Positions 32,731 to 45,405 of a DNA stretch of 63,910 nt are shown here, piece after piece. Source of the DNA: Craspedostauros australis (Eukaryota); assembly GCA_030167865.1 (NCBI GenBank), contig JALAGF010005407.1, forward strand, positions 1-63,910, given 5' to 3'. The stretch's first letter is position 1. The number at the start of each line of letters is the position of its first letter. The notes beneath the pieces are model-generated. The model was not told the DNA's origin. It was given only the letters and a program-made list of their open reading frames with translations, and searched no databases. The position numbers and the translations under genes were made by a program.

Positions 32731-35700
32731 ATGGCAGATGCACCTGTTCCCGGATGGAACGCCCACAGATTTCCGCAGGATCCCCTGAGACAGCCCAAGT
32801 ACCACTTCGATGACATCCCAAAGTGCGCCAAGGATCTCAGCGGGAGCATGCTGCAGAAAGTTACGGACCGCGACCAGCTGAAGGAATGCATGGCCGAAAT
32901 GGTCCTGCTCTGCAACGAGGCTCTGCGCCGCAGCAAGCGAGCCAAGGATGAATCCAAGCCATTGTCTCTTGAGTACATTGCGGATCGGTTGGATGTCGAC
33001 GATCCCCTGTTCGGCTACCTCGTCAGGACGTCATCGGGAATGATGCAGGGCTTTGTGACGATCACTACCTTCACAAATTGGCAGAAGACCTTTCGGTGGG
33101 ATTCCAGGCACGACCTTGCCTTTTACTTCGACAACAACACAACCGTCGACAGTGGCAGCAAGAACACCAACGAAAACAGAAATGCGAACAAGCGGAACAG
33201 CAAGAGCCACCGCAACAGCGATGACGACGAAAGCGATGGCGCACAGAAAGACCGTCACGCCGGAACCAAGCAACAAGAACATTCATTTCATGACTCCAGC
33301 GCAACCGGCGCGCAGGATTTGCAAGGTTCGTTGCCGAAGCAGAGCAACGACTTGCCGGGCTTGCATCATTGTGGGCGCACGCGGACCGTGGTGTCCACGG
33401 ACGAGCAAGATGAGAATAACCCTCCCGGCCAGATCCCAAGGGAGCCAGCATTGGCAACCAAAGCAACCCAGGCCATCGATGTGGATGGCTCTCTTTCGTG
33501 CGATATGCAAAACACCGTGCATCTCGGCGATCCATACAACGAGGGAATTGTCTGGCCAAGAATCGCCGAGCTTTCCCTGCTGGGAGCCATCGGGTGTGGC
33601 AGAGTGCTGGTGTCACTCATAATCGACCACCTGGAAACGCAGAAGCCGTCGCTGGAGGCAAACTACGATTTCATCGTGCTGCAGGCCACCAAAAACTCCA
33701 TTCCATTCTACGAATCAATCGGTTTTGTTCGTGTCGGCGCGATCACCGAGGCGCGTAGTGTCTCTGATGATGACAAGCCGCAAAGCGTCGACGATTCATC
33801 GCACCAAGCACAAGGCACCAGCACACCAAACCCATCTCCTGCTGAACATCAAGGATCGGACGGCAACTCAACATCGACCGATGGAAGCGGTGCTCAGGTC
33901 GCAGTCACTGTCGACGATGCGACAACGTCGGCAGCGCCGGACGCAGTCGCGCGCACGTCGCCCAACCTAGTCTCGAGCCCTGTGGTTGTGTACGAAGTGA
34001 AGTCCGCCGGGAAGACCCTGTCAGCCATCGCCAAGACTTTGAAAGTGGACGTCTGGGACATTCTTTTTCTCAACAAGGATGTTTACCAAGATATCCAGCC
34101 CAGGAGCCGCCTCATGAAGGGTACTCTACTGTACGTCCCAGATCTTTCCAAGAGGCTGATAGCCCCGAAGGAAAGGAAGGAGCCGCCACAATGGTTCGTG
34201 GCGAAAGAGAACGACACACCACGGAAGATATCGCAAAAGTTCCGAGTGTCATGCAACGCTCTTGTCATGGCGAATCAAAGCCGCCTTCCTGGCCTGCATG
34301 CTTCCGCAAGGCTCAAGGGTGGTACGCGCGTGAAGGTCTCCAACCTCGATGGGAAAGTGGACAACTGCGTCCCATACTGCCACTGGAGCTTCCCAGACGA
34401 CACGGCGGACAATGGCGAGCCCAGCTACATGATGGCGTATCGTCTCAACCGCAAGGGAGGGGCGCATAAGCAGAACCCCATCCTCGCCTCCCTGTCAGTG
34501 CCAATCAAACCATTCGCCGATCCGCCGTTACTATTGCCAAGGCCATCGAAGCAACTCACCGGCCCACCGTCGAAGAAAGGCGCCGCACAGGCACCGACTC
34601 CTCCTGATAGACCAGCCACGAGCTTTGACCTTTTCAAAGAGCATCAGCTCGCATTGGATCCCACCATGCAGGGCAAACCTCCTGGTCGATTGGAAAAGAT
34701 CATGATTCAGAAATGGCGCATGTTGCCAGACAAGAAACAGCAACGCTACGATGGCATCGCGAAAGAGGGTATGAGACACTACGAACGTGCAGTCAAGGAG
34801 CATGAAGAGGAATATGCAGCGTGGGCGCAAAGACTACGAACCACAGCACAAGTTGCAAAAGCAACCGTAACATCAGCAGCAGCAACAGCAGCAGCAGCAG
34901 CAGCGGCAACCGAAACAACAAACGTCGCGACCACTTCCATGACGGCCACGACGACAGCGACGACAGCGACCATGATGAAAAGTTCGGAGCGAAACACCGA
35001 CGAATCGCAAAGTCCACCTCCGGCAACGTCGCCAATCCGAGCACCGACTGCATCATCGATTTCGCTCTTGCCGTTGAATCGGACGAGACCACGCATCTCC
35101 CACACGCTCTTCAACAAAGTCATCAAACTTGAGGCTGGAGCGGTGACGAAAATGAAAGCAAAATACACCTATTGGTAAGCCCTGTTTGGATGATCCTACG
35201 GGTGTGCGCTGCGGTTGATGGTTTGCGATTTGCGGCGTATGCCCCGTGCTCTATTTCTCGCAATTGATGACATCCATCTCACGAACACCCTCCAATTTCG
35301 TTTCCCACCTTTCGATTCGACTGATACGATCGACACCATCGGTGGTTGCTCCATGTGCCCACCACGACCATGAACGCCGAACGATCCATCCCTTTTGGTT
35401 GGTGCCCTTCAATGTGGCCCGCTTATGTTTTGATGTTATGCGGACATGGTGCCAATGATGCGTCCAATTGCCCTCAACTGGCGCCCGCACATCACAGGTT
35501 CGTGCTGACGTACATCCCTGACCTGCAATGGTGCAGACTCGCGCCGATGTACAGAGATGGATATCATGGCGAGGAACGGAAGAAGTCAGCGGGTCGCCCA
35601 AAGTGGAGGCTGGTCGACGAAAGCCTTGGCCATGAGATTGACATCAGCGCACAGTTCTGCGTGATGGTGAAGTCCAAGGCGCTCCGAAAAACAGCTGATG

Positions 35701-36299
35701 CCGACAAGGAGGAATGGGACATCATCGATGGCAATGCACGAACCAACGTGCAGAATCGGAGACCCGGCTCCTGCGGTAGGGCAGTCAGCTCGACGAAGGA
35801 CAGCACCAGTCGCAAGATCGCCATCAGTTCGCACGATGTCGACGGCATTAGCCACAGTGATACAGACAGCGACGGCTCCGACAAAACGTGCGAAAACTAC
35901 GAAAGTTCCTCTGACGAAGACGACAACAACAACAACACCTCAGATGAGTACGACACAGACCCTGAAGACGACAACTACGGCGATTCTGATGCGTGCGATG
36001 ATGAAAGCGATCGTGAGGGTAGCGACACCTCCACCACTCTTGACACTGACTTCGAAGGAAGACCAAAGAAGATGGGCAACACGAACGAGGTGAAGATCAC
36101 GAGGAAACGAGCCGTTAAGCAATCAAAGCCCTCCGAGGCGCGGAAACGACAAAGATCTCCCGGCGACAACAGCACGCAGGAGAGAGGGCGACAACCACCA
36201 TTGGTCGCAAGGGCTATGAACTCAGGTCTTTCCCCTTCCCTTGGAATCAGAAAACAGCCAAAAAAGGCCAGGGAAGCTGCTGCCAATGTGATCCATTAG
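32731..36299 (+). CDS. GNAT acetyltransferase + 2 LysM-like + HMG-box protein, 2 exons (32731-35174, 35498-36299; ~1081 aa)
   Basis: GNAT: AELSLLGAIGCGRVLV...LQATKNSIPFYESIGF. LysM-like: KTLSAIAKTLKVDVWDILFLN...GTLLYVP and ENDTPRKISQKFRVSCNALVMAN...GTRVKV. HMG: PDRPATSFDLF...QKWRMLPDKKQQRY. Intron TG|GTAAG...CAG|G gives YWFVLTYIPDLQWC. Confidence 0.8.
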
Positions 36300-39200
36300 A
36301 TTCGAAGCCATTGTGAATGGGTCGGATTGGATTGAGTGTTGGCTGTATTGAAAACGGTTGCATATATAAACTCACCGTAATGGAGTAACTCCCGGCGGAA
36401 CGAATATGATAGCTGAATCATGCCTGTGTAACCGTGCAAACGAAGCACACTTAATGGTCCGATTTGAGCGCACAGGAACAGCCAACCACTACACTCCATC
36501 TTGAATTCGAAATATGTCTACGCGTTGTGTTGTTGCTGTTGCTGTTGCTGTTGCTGTGCCCGATTTGTTGGTTTGGTGTCTGCAAAGCCAGCGCGGTTGC
36601 TGGAATCTCCGAGCATCGCATTCGCAACTATTTTAACCGCTGCCGTTCCCACTTCGGCCTTCTCTTCAGATCACAAGACAACGATTGAAGGCTTTCACTC
36701 CATTGTTTATCGCGCGGAGCGGATTTAATATTCCTTCAACCTGCTGAGAAATGAAGGTTTGAACACCATTGGCCCTGATGGCTTTCGCTTGTGCATGCGG
36801 AACTGTTGCTCTGCTGCTGGAATGCATCGTGCCATTGCTGATAGCATTATTGCTGATGCTGCTGATATTGTTGATGTTGTTGTTGATGAGGAAAGGCTTG
36901 GTTGGATGCCGATGGTGACAACACTCTGCCAAACTCCGACATCTTGGAAAGATCAGTGAGAGTTTGCCACGCTTTGAGATCTCTCTGTGCAACAGCTCGA
37001 ATGAGGAGCAATACAAGAGCAACCGAAGAAAACAGTTGTGGTGATGAAAAGCTGGATGAATTCCTGAATGAGACAACAGTCTCACGAGACACAATTTCGC
37101 AATCGGAAAGGCAAACATCACATTGAGCAAGCTCGTGTACGTATTACTTTTCGTCAATTCAATTCGTGTTCATCACAAGTATTGAGCAAGGCGTCATCGT
37201 TAAGCATAGATACCCCAATAGAAACGGGAGAATACATCGTAATATTCGATGGTCTAGAGAGTGAAATGGAGGTGAAGAATACGTGCGCCTACCATGCGTC
37301 TGCTGTGTCCAAGTCGACTTATGAAGTTCATCGGTTCCGAAACGGACGCATCCAACGATCATTGCAATTGTGTACTCAAAGCTGCAACGCAATCTATGAA
37401 ACGGCATTGTCTACATAAATTCTGTTCGCACGAAAATACGTTCACCGACAAATGCAGAAGACGACTCTCCTCATGTATCACTCCCGTTGGAAAATCGATT
37501 CACGCGAACGTTTGTATTGTTTCTTTTTTCGAGTACAAGAACAAACATCTGAATTCATACCACAAGTGTATTCATACCACATTATGAGACCATGAACATC
37601 GCTAGTGAAAGAGAAGGACCTTCCTCAGCGATGACGAGACGATGACTAGAAAAGGCAGTTAGGAGATTGTTGCTCTATCGCCACAATTGTCTACCGGTGT
37701 TGAGAATAGGTACTTTCTTGGTTTCTGACCTTCCTGCCAATACAAGTTGTCAAAGAAATGGACTAAAAATACTATTCTTAGCTCTGCAGATATGATTTCG
37801 TAATTTCTCATTTTGAACTTGAGTTTTGGATTCGAGTTGCTCAAGCTGTCTTCAAAGCGGCCGCAGTCGCTCACAACTTGCGAGAACAGAGCACCACCAA
37901 CTAAAGCTGTTCACTTGGCCTACTAGAGTTGTGAAAAGAGCAATGTTCGAATGGATGTGTCACTACATTTCGCAAGCATACTGAATTCAATCTGGAGTCG
38001 AGCTACGTAAAGGTTGACTCAAGAGTCAAGCACCACTCCAATACGGATAAAAATAGCCGAGTTGTGGTGCTTTCGCAACGAAACCGCTTCGTCAATGTGC
38101 CGGAGCAACCACGAAGATACCATGTCCTGCGTGGGCGGATTTTTTCCATCACAAAACCTGGTGTATTGGAGCCACAATAGTTGAATCAAGAGTGCAACGA
38201 AACGTAGAAGAGGAAGCCCCTCACAATTGCGAATCAACATGGTTACCAAGCGGGGAAGACATTCAAGTTTACGTCGACAACCCGGCTCTGTCAGTCAAAG
38301 CCCTGGAACCGACAATTCGGAAGAACCGATGTGATGGCTTCATTGCACCACTACGTTCTTCTAACAATCCATGAGCACATAAGAGACCCCGTGGGTGCAA
38401 GCAAAACACCAACAGAAGTATGCACGAAGGCGAGAGGTGACAAGATGGCATTTGTCCAACCAGGCAGCACAAGCCAAGAATCAAGTACACGGTTATCAAA
38501 GTCTTGTGCCCACATCGATCGCTGGAACGCGGATGCAATTTTGGTGTTTCGAACGCGCGAAGGACCGCGATTCCATCACATTTGTGAATAGAAAGGGAAT
38601 GTTTGATTGTATGTTGCGCCTCCGGATCTCTACGACTCCTTTCTTAAACTTGAGTCGGCAAATGACTCGACGTGGCTCATTTGTGATTACTCTCCCCATC
38701 ATACATCCCATTTCAAAGGTCCTGTCAATACTTGGTCGGAATCAGCATAGCCATACTACTATGAGAACACATTCCATCAGGTTGCTGACACAGTCGAAGA
38801 ATTTTCCAAACAATACAAACCAGTTCTCATTAAAAACGCCACTTCTTGTGTCTACTCTCATCTTCGCATATCTTCAACCATGTGGTTCTCGTCATGACGT
38901 TGTCATCATCTTAACGTGTTGATGATGTTGAATGTACGTGATTGTTGACGACCTGAGTTACAGGCGCTAAGATGGTCAGATTGTCCTTTCAGGAATGAGA
39001 TGATAGTTGGATGAATGACGTCACGCAAACAAGAGATGCAGTCTCCAAGAAGCCAACAAGCAGACGGGTTCCTTTTAGAGCAGGTGGTGTTCAATCAATG
39101 GCAAGCATGTGCGCATGGGCGCCAACCAAATCATCTCTTTTTCGCTGCCAGGTGGAAACGAAGCACATTGCGCTTTTCTGTATTGCAATACAAGGCAAGA

Positions 39201-41200
39201 GGTATAAAGTAGTTGCTTTTCTTGATTCATATGGATCCGATCTCTGTTGACTCATCCTTCATTGCTCACGCCTGTTGGAAATGAAGTTCCAAGCAATCCT
39301 TGTAGAACACGATTCTGTACATTGGAACCGGAAATACAATATTGAATGAATTCTGTGCTCTAAAGGAGATTCAACAGAATTCAAGAAAGGAGATTGAAAA
39401 GGTATTTTGTTGTTGGTTGCGACATCGATCCTTGCTTTGCACTTCGAGTCCATTCCCACGTGCAACTGTTCAGACTTTCGGGCGAACGTCTGGTATGACT
39501 GAAAAAGATAGATTGTCGCCAGAGGTGACTCCCTTCGGATGAGCAATAGATTCAAGTTGGCGCTATGGTGTCACAAAGATCTTGGGGAAGCATGTTTCGA
39601 AGTCGAACTTTCGAATCGCTACAATACAATCCCGTCGAACAAGGATTCAACGGCAAATGCTATCGCTCCTCATTTTTCCTCCAAGTTGTTGGAAAAGTCT
39701 ACCATGCCATGAATGGAGTGGCCCAGAACAACCTAGTTTTATTTAATTCTGAAGGCTCTTTTGTCGTCAAAGACCGATCCCGTTGCTTGGAGTACATGTC
39801 AAGTTGTAATGACCCACATCAAGTCGGCAAGAAGCAAAGACGTGTGTATCGGTCATAGTTTCCGTAGTTGAACAAGGTTCCTCTGTGTCGGTGAACCAGT
39901 CCCATCATTTCGTACGTGGTGCAACAAATCAAACTTGGAACGAGAAACTCCCAAGCCCATACGGAAAATCTGCTAGGTCCGCGCAACCAACTTGTTCCTC
40001 GACAAATACAACAAGGATTGACAGTGAATAGCAAAGAAAATCCAATAGTTGGGACCAAGTGGCAGGAACTATGAACATAACACTTTGAAGATTCCAAAAG
40101 TCGAATGTCTCGGTTTGTGGTCGTAAAGATTATTTTGTTCAAGCACAGGGAGGGAGGCATCACTGTTGCTGCATTCCGTTTTGCTTGGCCGAAGCTAAGA
40201 TGTGATACAATGAATTGTTTGCAAGAGATCGTATGTTTGGTTGTGTGTAATGCCCTACTCCTCCATCGACTTGACTGCGTTGTATGTCTTGTTGGTTGTT
40301 TGCTTCGTGCTCTGCAAGGAGGAACATACGTGGAACCCTTTGACACTTTGTGAGGAACAAGGACGGAAACAAGTTAACATTGCTGCTGTCGGTATCCTTG
40401 GTGTTCTCTTGTATTGAGCGCGATTTATGTGTATTGCGACGAATCGTTGGGATGGAGGGCTCAGAAACTGAGAAAATTGTTGGTCAGGCTTGAACCTTCA
40501 TTCGAGAAAAGTACGCACTCCAACATTCGTTGTGCAAGGATGCTAGCCCAACCGGAAGCCAACTTGTTGAAATCATTTTGTTGCCTTCCGACATCCGAAT
40601 ATCCATTGGCTAAGAACAACAATCAACGACGCCATTCAACAGCCCTGCTGCGTGCTAGAGGAATTTCGTATCAGTGGAATCCTTGTTGTCTTGCAACTTT
40701 TCAGCACATCGTGTTTCCGTCGGGAACATTCGTTGTATTCGCCACGAGTGAGAACAATCGGAAAACCGTCATCGCTCTTGATTGCGGCAGAAAGTGTAGG
40801 AGTTTCAGGTTCAGTCGGAGGCGAGCGCACACGATCATATTGCTGGAGTCAATCGAGCGATGTCAAGAATCAATGTATCGCTTCCCGAAGTAGCCACGAT
40901 GATGCATTCAACAAGAGTACGCTGAGATCCTTTGGCTTCTCGGCAGTCCGTAGAAAATGTGCACGCAGCATTTTTCGTTTGTGCAACATCAAAGCCGAGG
41001 ACTCATTCGATGATCAACTTTTTCAGCTGATTCAGATGGTGCGTAGTATGAATCTATGGGAATGTCATCACACGTTTGTTTGGCCCGTGTCGTCCGATGA
41101 TTCAAATTGAAATTAGATTTTTCTTGTTGATTATTGTGGTTTGTATTGTTGATTTACTTTTTATCGCGATGGTTTGTTTGTATTAGCCGATGATGCAAGT
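36300..41200. other. AT-rich, ORF-poor segment, possibly a decayed gene or mobile element
   Basis: No ORF exceeds ~175 aa. A hand-counted sample (37681-37860) is 38% GC, clearly below the flanking genes. Stop-interrupted coding-like tracts are present. Confidence 0.45.
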
Positions 41201-41254
41201 CTTTAAGTACATTCGGTAGTAGTGTATGGAATTGATGGATGTATTGTTGCGCCG

Positions 41255-42236
41255 CTACTGCTGCCTGTTACCTAAGGTGCTGATGACACGGAACTGGACC
41301 ATCGGGTTGCGCCAGTCGTAGTTCTGGGTGTTTGGGAGGGTGTTGGTGGGAACATCAGACTGGATGCCGCGGTGGATGTGAACGAAGCCCTCGCCGTTGC
41401 CATCAGCGTTGTTTCCGGCTGGACAGGCTGGTCCTGGGATGGAATCACACTGCTGGTTGTTGACCTCGGTACCGGAATCGTATCCAACTCCGCGGAACAT
41501 GTCACCTGGCCTGATCTTGGCACCGTTCAAGGCGACGAAGGTGCAATTGGCGATGGAATTGAATTGGAGATCGCCTGAATGTATCATGTCATCGGATGCG
41601 AGAATGGAGCAATGGAGGCAGAATAGTGTGAGAGATGTGTTGCGATGCGATGTCATACGCTGGCTCAACAGCGACAACAGCGACAATGGCGAAGAAGCCA
41701 CCGGCAGTACACATGCAAGTCCGCACGCACGCGCGCGTATTCATTCATTAGGGGATTCTTATCTATCTCATAACTTATCAATCGTTGGTGTTGACCGCCA
41801 TGGTGGCGATGGTGACGTAGTAGCCAGCTGGGACGGTGACTGGGATATCGAGGCTGCCGCCTGGTCCGATTGGGCCTGGCACGGCCATGGCGGTGGCGAC
41901 GCCTGGCTTGCCATTGTATGCGGTGACCAAAGCAGATGGATCTCCGTTCTCGGCAAGGGTGCCCAATGCATCGCTGGCGGGCACGCCCAAGGTGAAGAGA
42001 GGACCGGCGGCACGGGTGTGGACCATGACGAAGAGGCCGCTGAACGGTTGGCGGAAGGCCAGGTTGGTGACGCGGACATTGAGGAACTGTGGCCCATCCG
42101 GGCTGCTGCCGGCCTTGAGTCGGCGAGTGGCCTTGAGGATGTCAAAGTCATCGACCTTTTCGTTGTCGGAGTTGTTGGCGAGGAGGGTCGTGGCGGAGGT
42201 CACGAGGAGAGCGAGGGTGCTGGTCTTGAACATCAT
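41255..42236 (-). CDS. Secreted spondin_N-domain protein, 2 exons (42236-41779, 41540-41255; ~247 aa)
   Basis: Signal peptide MMFKTSTLALLVTSATTLLA; VRVTNLAFRQPFSGLFVMVH...LFTLGVPASDALGTLAENGD...MAVNTND|CFVALNG...YDSGTEVN...IPGPAC...EGFVHIHRGI...DWRNP. The two halves lie in different ORFs and join in frame through an AT-AC intron. Confidence 0.85.
41541..41778 (-). other. Putative non-canonical AT-AC spliceosomal intron (238 nt, U2-type donor ATAAGT)
   Basis: Minus strand reads AAC GAT TG|ATAAGTTA ... CAATTGCAC|C TTC GTC GCC. Splicing removes an in-frame TGA and creates TGC (Cys). Confidence 0.75.
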
Positions 42237-42630
42237 GTTGTAGCTTGATTGGTTGATTGGTTGGGTAGTCGGCTGATTTTGTGAGTTGCTTTGTGAGTTG
42301 CATTGCGAGTTGTGCGGTTGCTGATTTTGTGAGGAGATGACGGATGGAAGTGAATTCGGGGATGCCTTCGAACTCGCAAAGTGATGACCATGGAGACGGG
42401 GCACCGGCTGGGCATGGAGAGGATCGTGCGACTACGACTATGAATGGTACTGACATGTGTGATACTTCTCTCTATCTCTTGTGTTTTGCCAATTTGTGAC
42501 TGCATGGGACTAGCTCCATATCCGTACTCCACTATCTCATGGCAAACATAATAGCACACACACACACACACACTATTTCATTATATTTGCAATACATGGT
42601 TACACTCTTCGTTGATTTCGTCTTCGAAGT

Positions 42631-43395
42631 CTACGGTTCAGAACCAATGACAACTGCTGCTCGATGCCTCGTTGGCTCCAACGCTTCTGTCACCATGTAC
42701 CGTGCAACGTCCAGCTTGGCCATGTCCATACCCAACGCATCCTTCCCCTTCTCTTTTTGGAGGAACCATTTCCCAGATGGTTTGCATTCCTCACCGATGC
42801 CAACAGGACGAACCAACAGGAAATCAATATCCTTTTCGTCCGTGCTACGGTACGCTCGCTCCATCTGCGTGAGATCTCGGACCGCGGTCTTCGTGTTGGT
42901 TCGGAACATCAAGCCCAGAATCTTCCCTCCAAAATGGAATTCCAACGGAGGCCAATCCTCCTCGATGCCGACAGACGTGATAACGACGGCCCGAGTGATT
43001 CCATGTTGTTTCATGGACCGGATCACCATTTGATTTCCAGGGTAGGACACCCATCCTTTCTTCAACGACTTGTCGAAGAATCCGGGCTGTCGGTTGCCCA
43101 GGCACGAAATCACTGAATGCGCGCCCTCGAAATGGGCCGGGAGGTCTGCGTCGTCCCATTTATCGACGGCGACAAGGTTCAGGCGCTTCTTCTGCTCGTC
43201 TGAGAATATGTGTGGCTCCGGACAACCACATTCCCAATTCGTTTCTTCCAGCAGCTTCTTGGGATGTTGTGTCAGCACTGTTACTGATCCGATGGAGGGC
43301 TGCTCCAACAATACCTGGACGACGTGACGTCCGACGTCAGAAAGGCCACCGATGCCGTACAGGACCACGAGCTTCTTGATTGGAGCCGACATCAT
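42631..43395 (-). CDS. NAD(P)-binding Rossmann-fold protein (NAD_binding_10 / flavin reductase-like atypical SDR)
   Basis: Motifs VVLYGIGGLSDVGRHVV, FEGAHSVISCLG, MKQHGITRAVVITSVG, IDFLLVRPVGI and AKLDVARYMV. Confidence 0.85.
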   Translation of the reverse strand: MMSAPIKKLVVLYGIGGLSDVGRHVVQVLLEQPSIGSVTVLTQHPKKLLEETNWECGCPEPHIFSDEQKKRLNLVAVDKWDDADLPAHFEGAHSVISCLGNRQPGFFDKSLKKGWVSYPGNQMVIRSMKQHGITRAVVITSVGIEEDWPPLEFHFGGKILGLMFRTNTKTAVRDLTQMERAYRSTDEKDIDFLLVRPVGIGEECKPSGKWFLQKEKGKDALGMDMAKLDVARYMVTEALEPTRHRAAVVIGSEP

Positions 43396-45405
43396 TCCGG
43401 AGGCTGTCAGGAAGATCTGGGGTATTCGAGGGGTCGAAGATGGCGGCTGGTGCTACTGCTCTTTTTCCTGTTGCGATACTGTTCCAGCGCCTTTTATGAG
43501 CACTCGTTCTTTGGCTTTTTGGTGCGTTGGATCGTGAAGAGGTTCGAACCTTTTGGGATTGATCGAGTTCAACCCCGCCATCAGACTTGGCGACGGAACT
43601 TCTCCTGCTGCGTGCGGACCAGGCGCTCACATGGAGGCCTTGGATAGAGTAGGTAGGTCGTCTCACCATACGAATACCATGCTCTGCGCAGAATCCAACA
43701 CGCTCGCGATCATGGTCTTCGCGTCTCTCGTCTTGGTCGAAGTTGGCTCCAATTTGTTGCTCGGTTTGTGCGATCCAGAAATCTTCCAAGAACACAGAGC
43801 TTGAGTCCCACAGAACACGATGGAACAATCGCATCACTTCTCGCATGGTGTTCGTCAATTATGTCCGTTAGTTGGATTATTACGAACATCCGAGGCGTGA
43901 GCGGGCAACACGACCCATTTTGAGAACCATACATACGGTATATCACAGCGGCTGCGCCAGTGGAACAATTGAGGTTCGCGAGGACTCGCGTGGCGAGACT
44001 GCCAGCTCCGTTCCAACGAGGAGGAATGGCTCGAAGGGTCACGACCGGTTCAGTACGTCCATGCCGGAACACCTGTGGAATCACTGGTCCTTCGGAAGCG
44101 TGGATGGGGGAGATCAACGCCATTTTCGTTCTACCCTTGCTTTGATCGTTGTACGTCTAGTCGTAGTCGTACCTGTCCTGGGGCCCTACAATAGATCCAT
44201 ACTCGTGTATCAACACTGCATTGCGCACAACGAATTGAAGAATTCAAGGAGCTCGTCCGCCGAAGGAACAGGAAGAAGAAGCAAGCGCGCAAGGTGGCAG
44301 CATTTCTCCCCGGCGGAAGAAAAGCGAAACGTAAAATGACAAAGTCACGATAATCACATTGGTCTTTGTCTCAACATTGAAATGACCGGCGACATAAAAA
44401 GACGGCCACCTCCCGTACGAGGGACCAACACCTCGCAGAACATGATGCGACCAGGACATGACATAAAGAACACACGCACAACCATTTCATGTGTATTCAA
44501 TACTTAACCTTCACAGATAGGACTGAGCGAGTAGTTGCGATTCGACCAAAGTATCAACGAGTCCAGCTTGCAGAAGGTTGTGGCTGCTTGCGAATTCTGC
44601 AACCGAGAGACATGGTTGCGACATGACAAAGACGCATAAGAATGACAAAGGCAATAAATGGGGGGGAGAGCAAAGAGCGCCCGAACCTTGCCAGTGTGGT
44701 ATTTCGTGAAACGACAAAAGGCCCAAAGTGTGAAGGGAGAAAGAAAAAGAAGCAACGCCAAACAACATGGCAAACAAGACGCAAACAACACTTCAAGACG
44801 CAGTGCGTGTTGTCTTCTTCGTTGGCGGCCAACGTTGTCGTTGTCGTTGTCGTTGTGCACAAAAAAATCGTCATCGACAGGCAGCAAAGGGACAAGGCCA
44901 GCGAGAGAGAGAGAGAGAGAGGGTGAAACAAGAAACAACACAACCAAGACCACTCAAGACCACAATCTCATCTCACCCATCAAACCGTTCACCTCTACCT
45001 CTATCTCGTATCCGTCTCTGTTGCTCTCCCTTGGCCCGCAGGCTCACCATCGCCCTTGCTCTCGGCTCCACCCCTCTCTGGTGCCGTCGCCATTGCCATT
45101 GCCGTTGCGGCGCCGTTGCTATTACCGTCATCCATCGTCTGCTCGTGGAAGCTCCAGCTCCGAGTGCTCGCAAGGAAACACCTTTACTCGCAAGCGACCG
45201 CGAACTTGACCGCCCAGAAACGCGGCAGCGCGCAACAACCAACACCACCCAAGAACAAGTGTAAACAACTACCACGAAAACAGCCAACAACCGGCGAAAA
45301 CCAACAGGAGAACTCCAAAGTACTAGTAAAAACCACACGAACAGCTCGCTCTCTGTCAGAAGCCAGCATTCTGAGCAAAGTCATCGGCCGCATTGGTGCG
45401 CGAAG

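Noticed and set aside
38250..38290. IQVYVDN resembling the reverse-transcriptase YVDD or an RNase H motif
   Set aside because: An isolated short match with no flanking RT or RNase H motifs in any frame I could read.
43400..45400. Several 100-180-aa ORFs between the reductase and the GPCR
   Set aside because: Overlapping, low-complexity and microsatellite-containing; consistent with a divergent promoter/UTR region.
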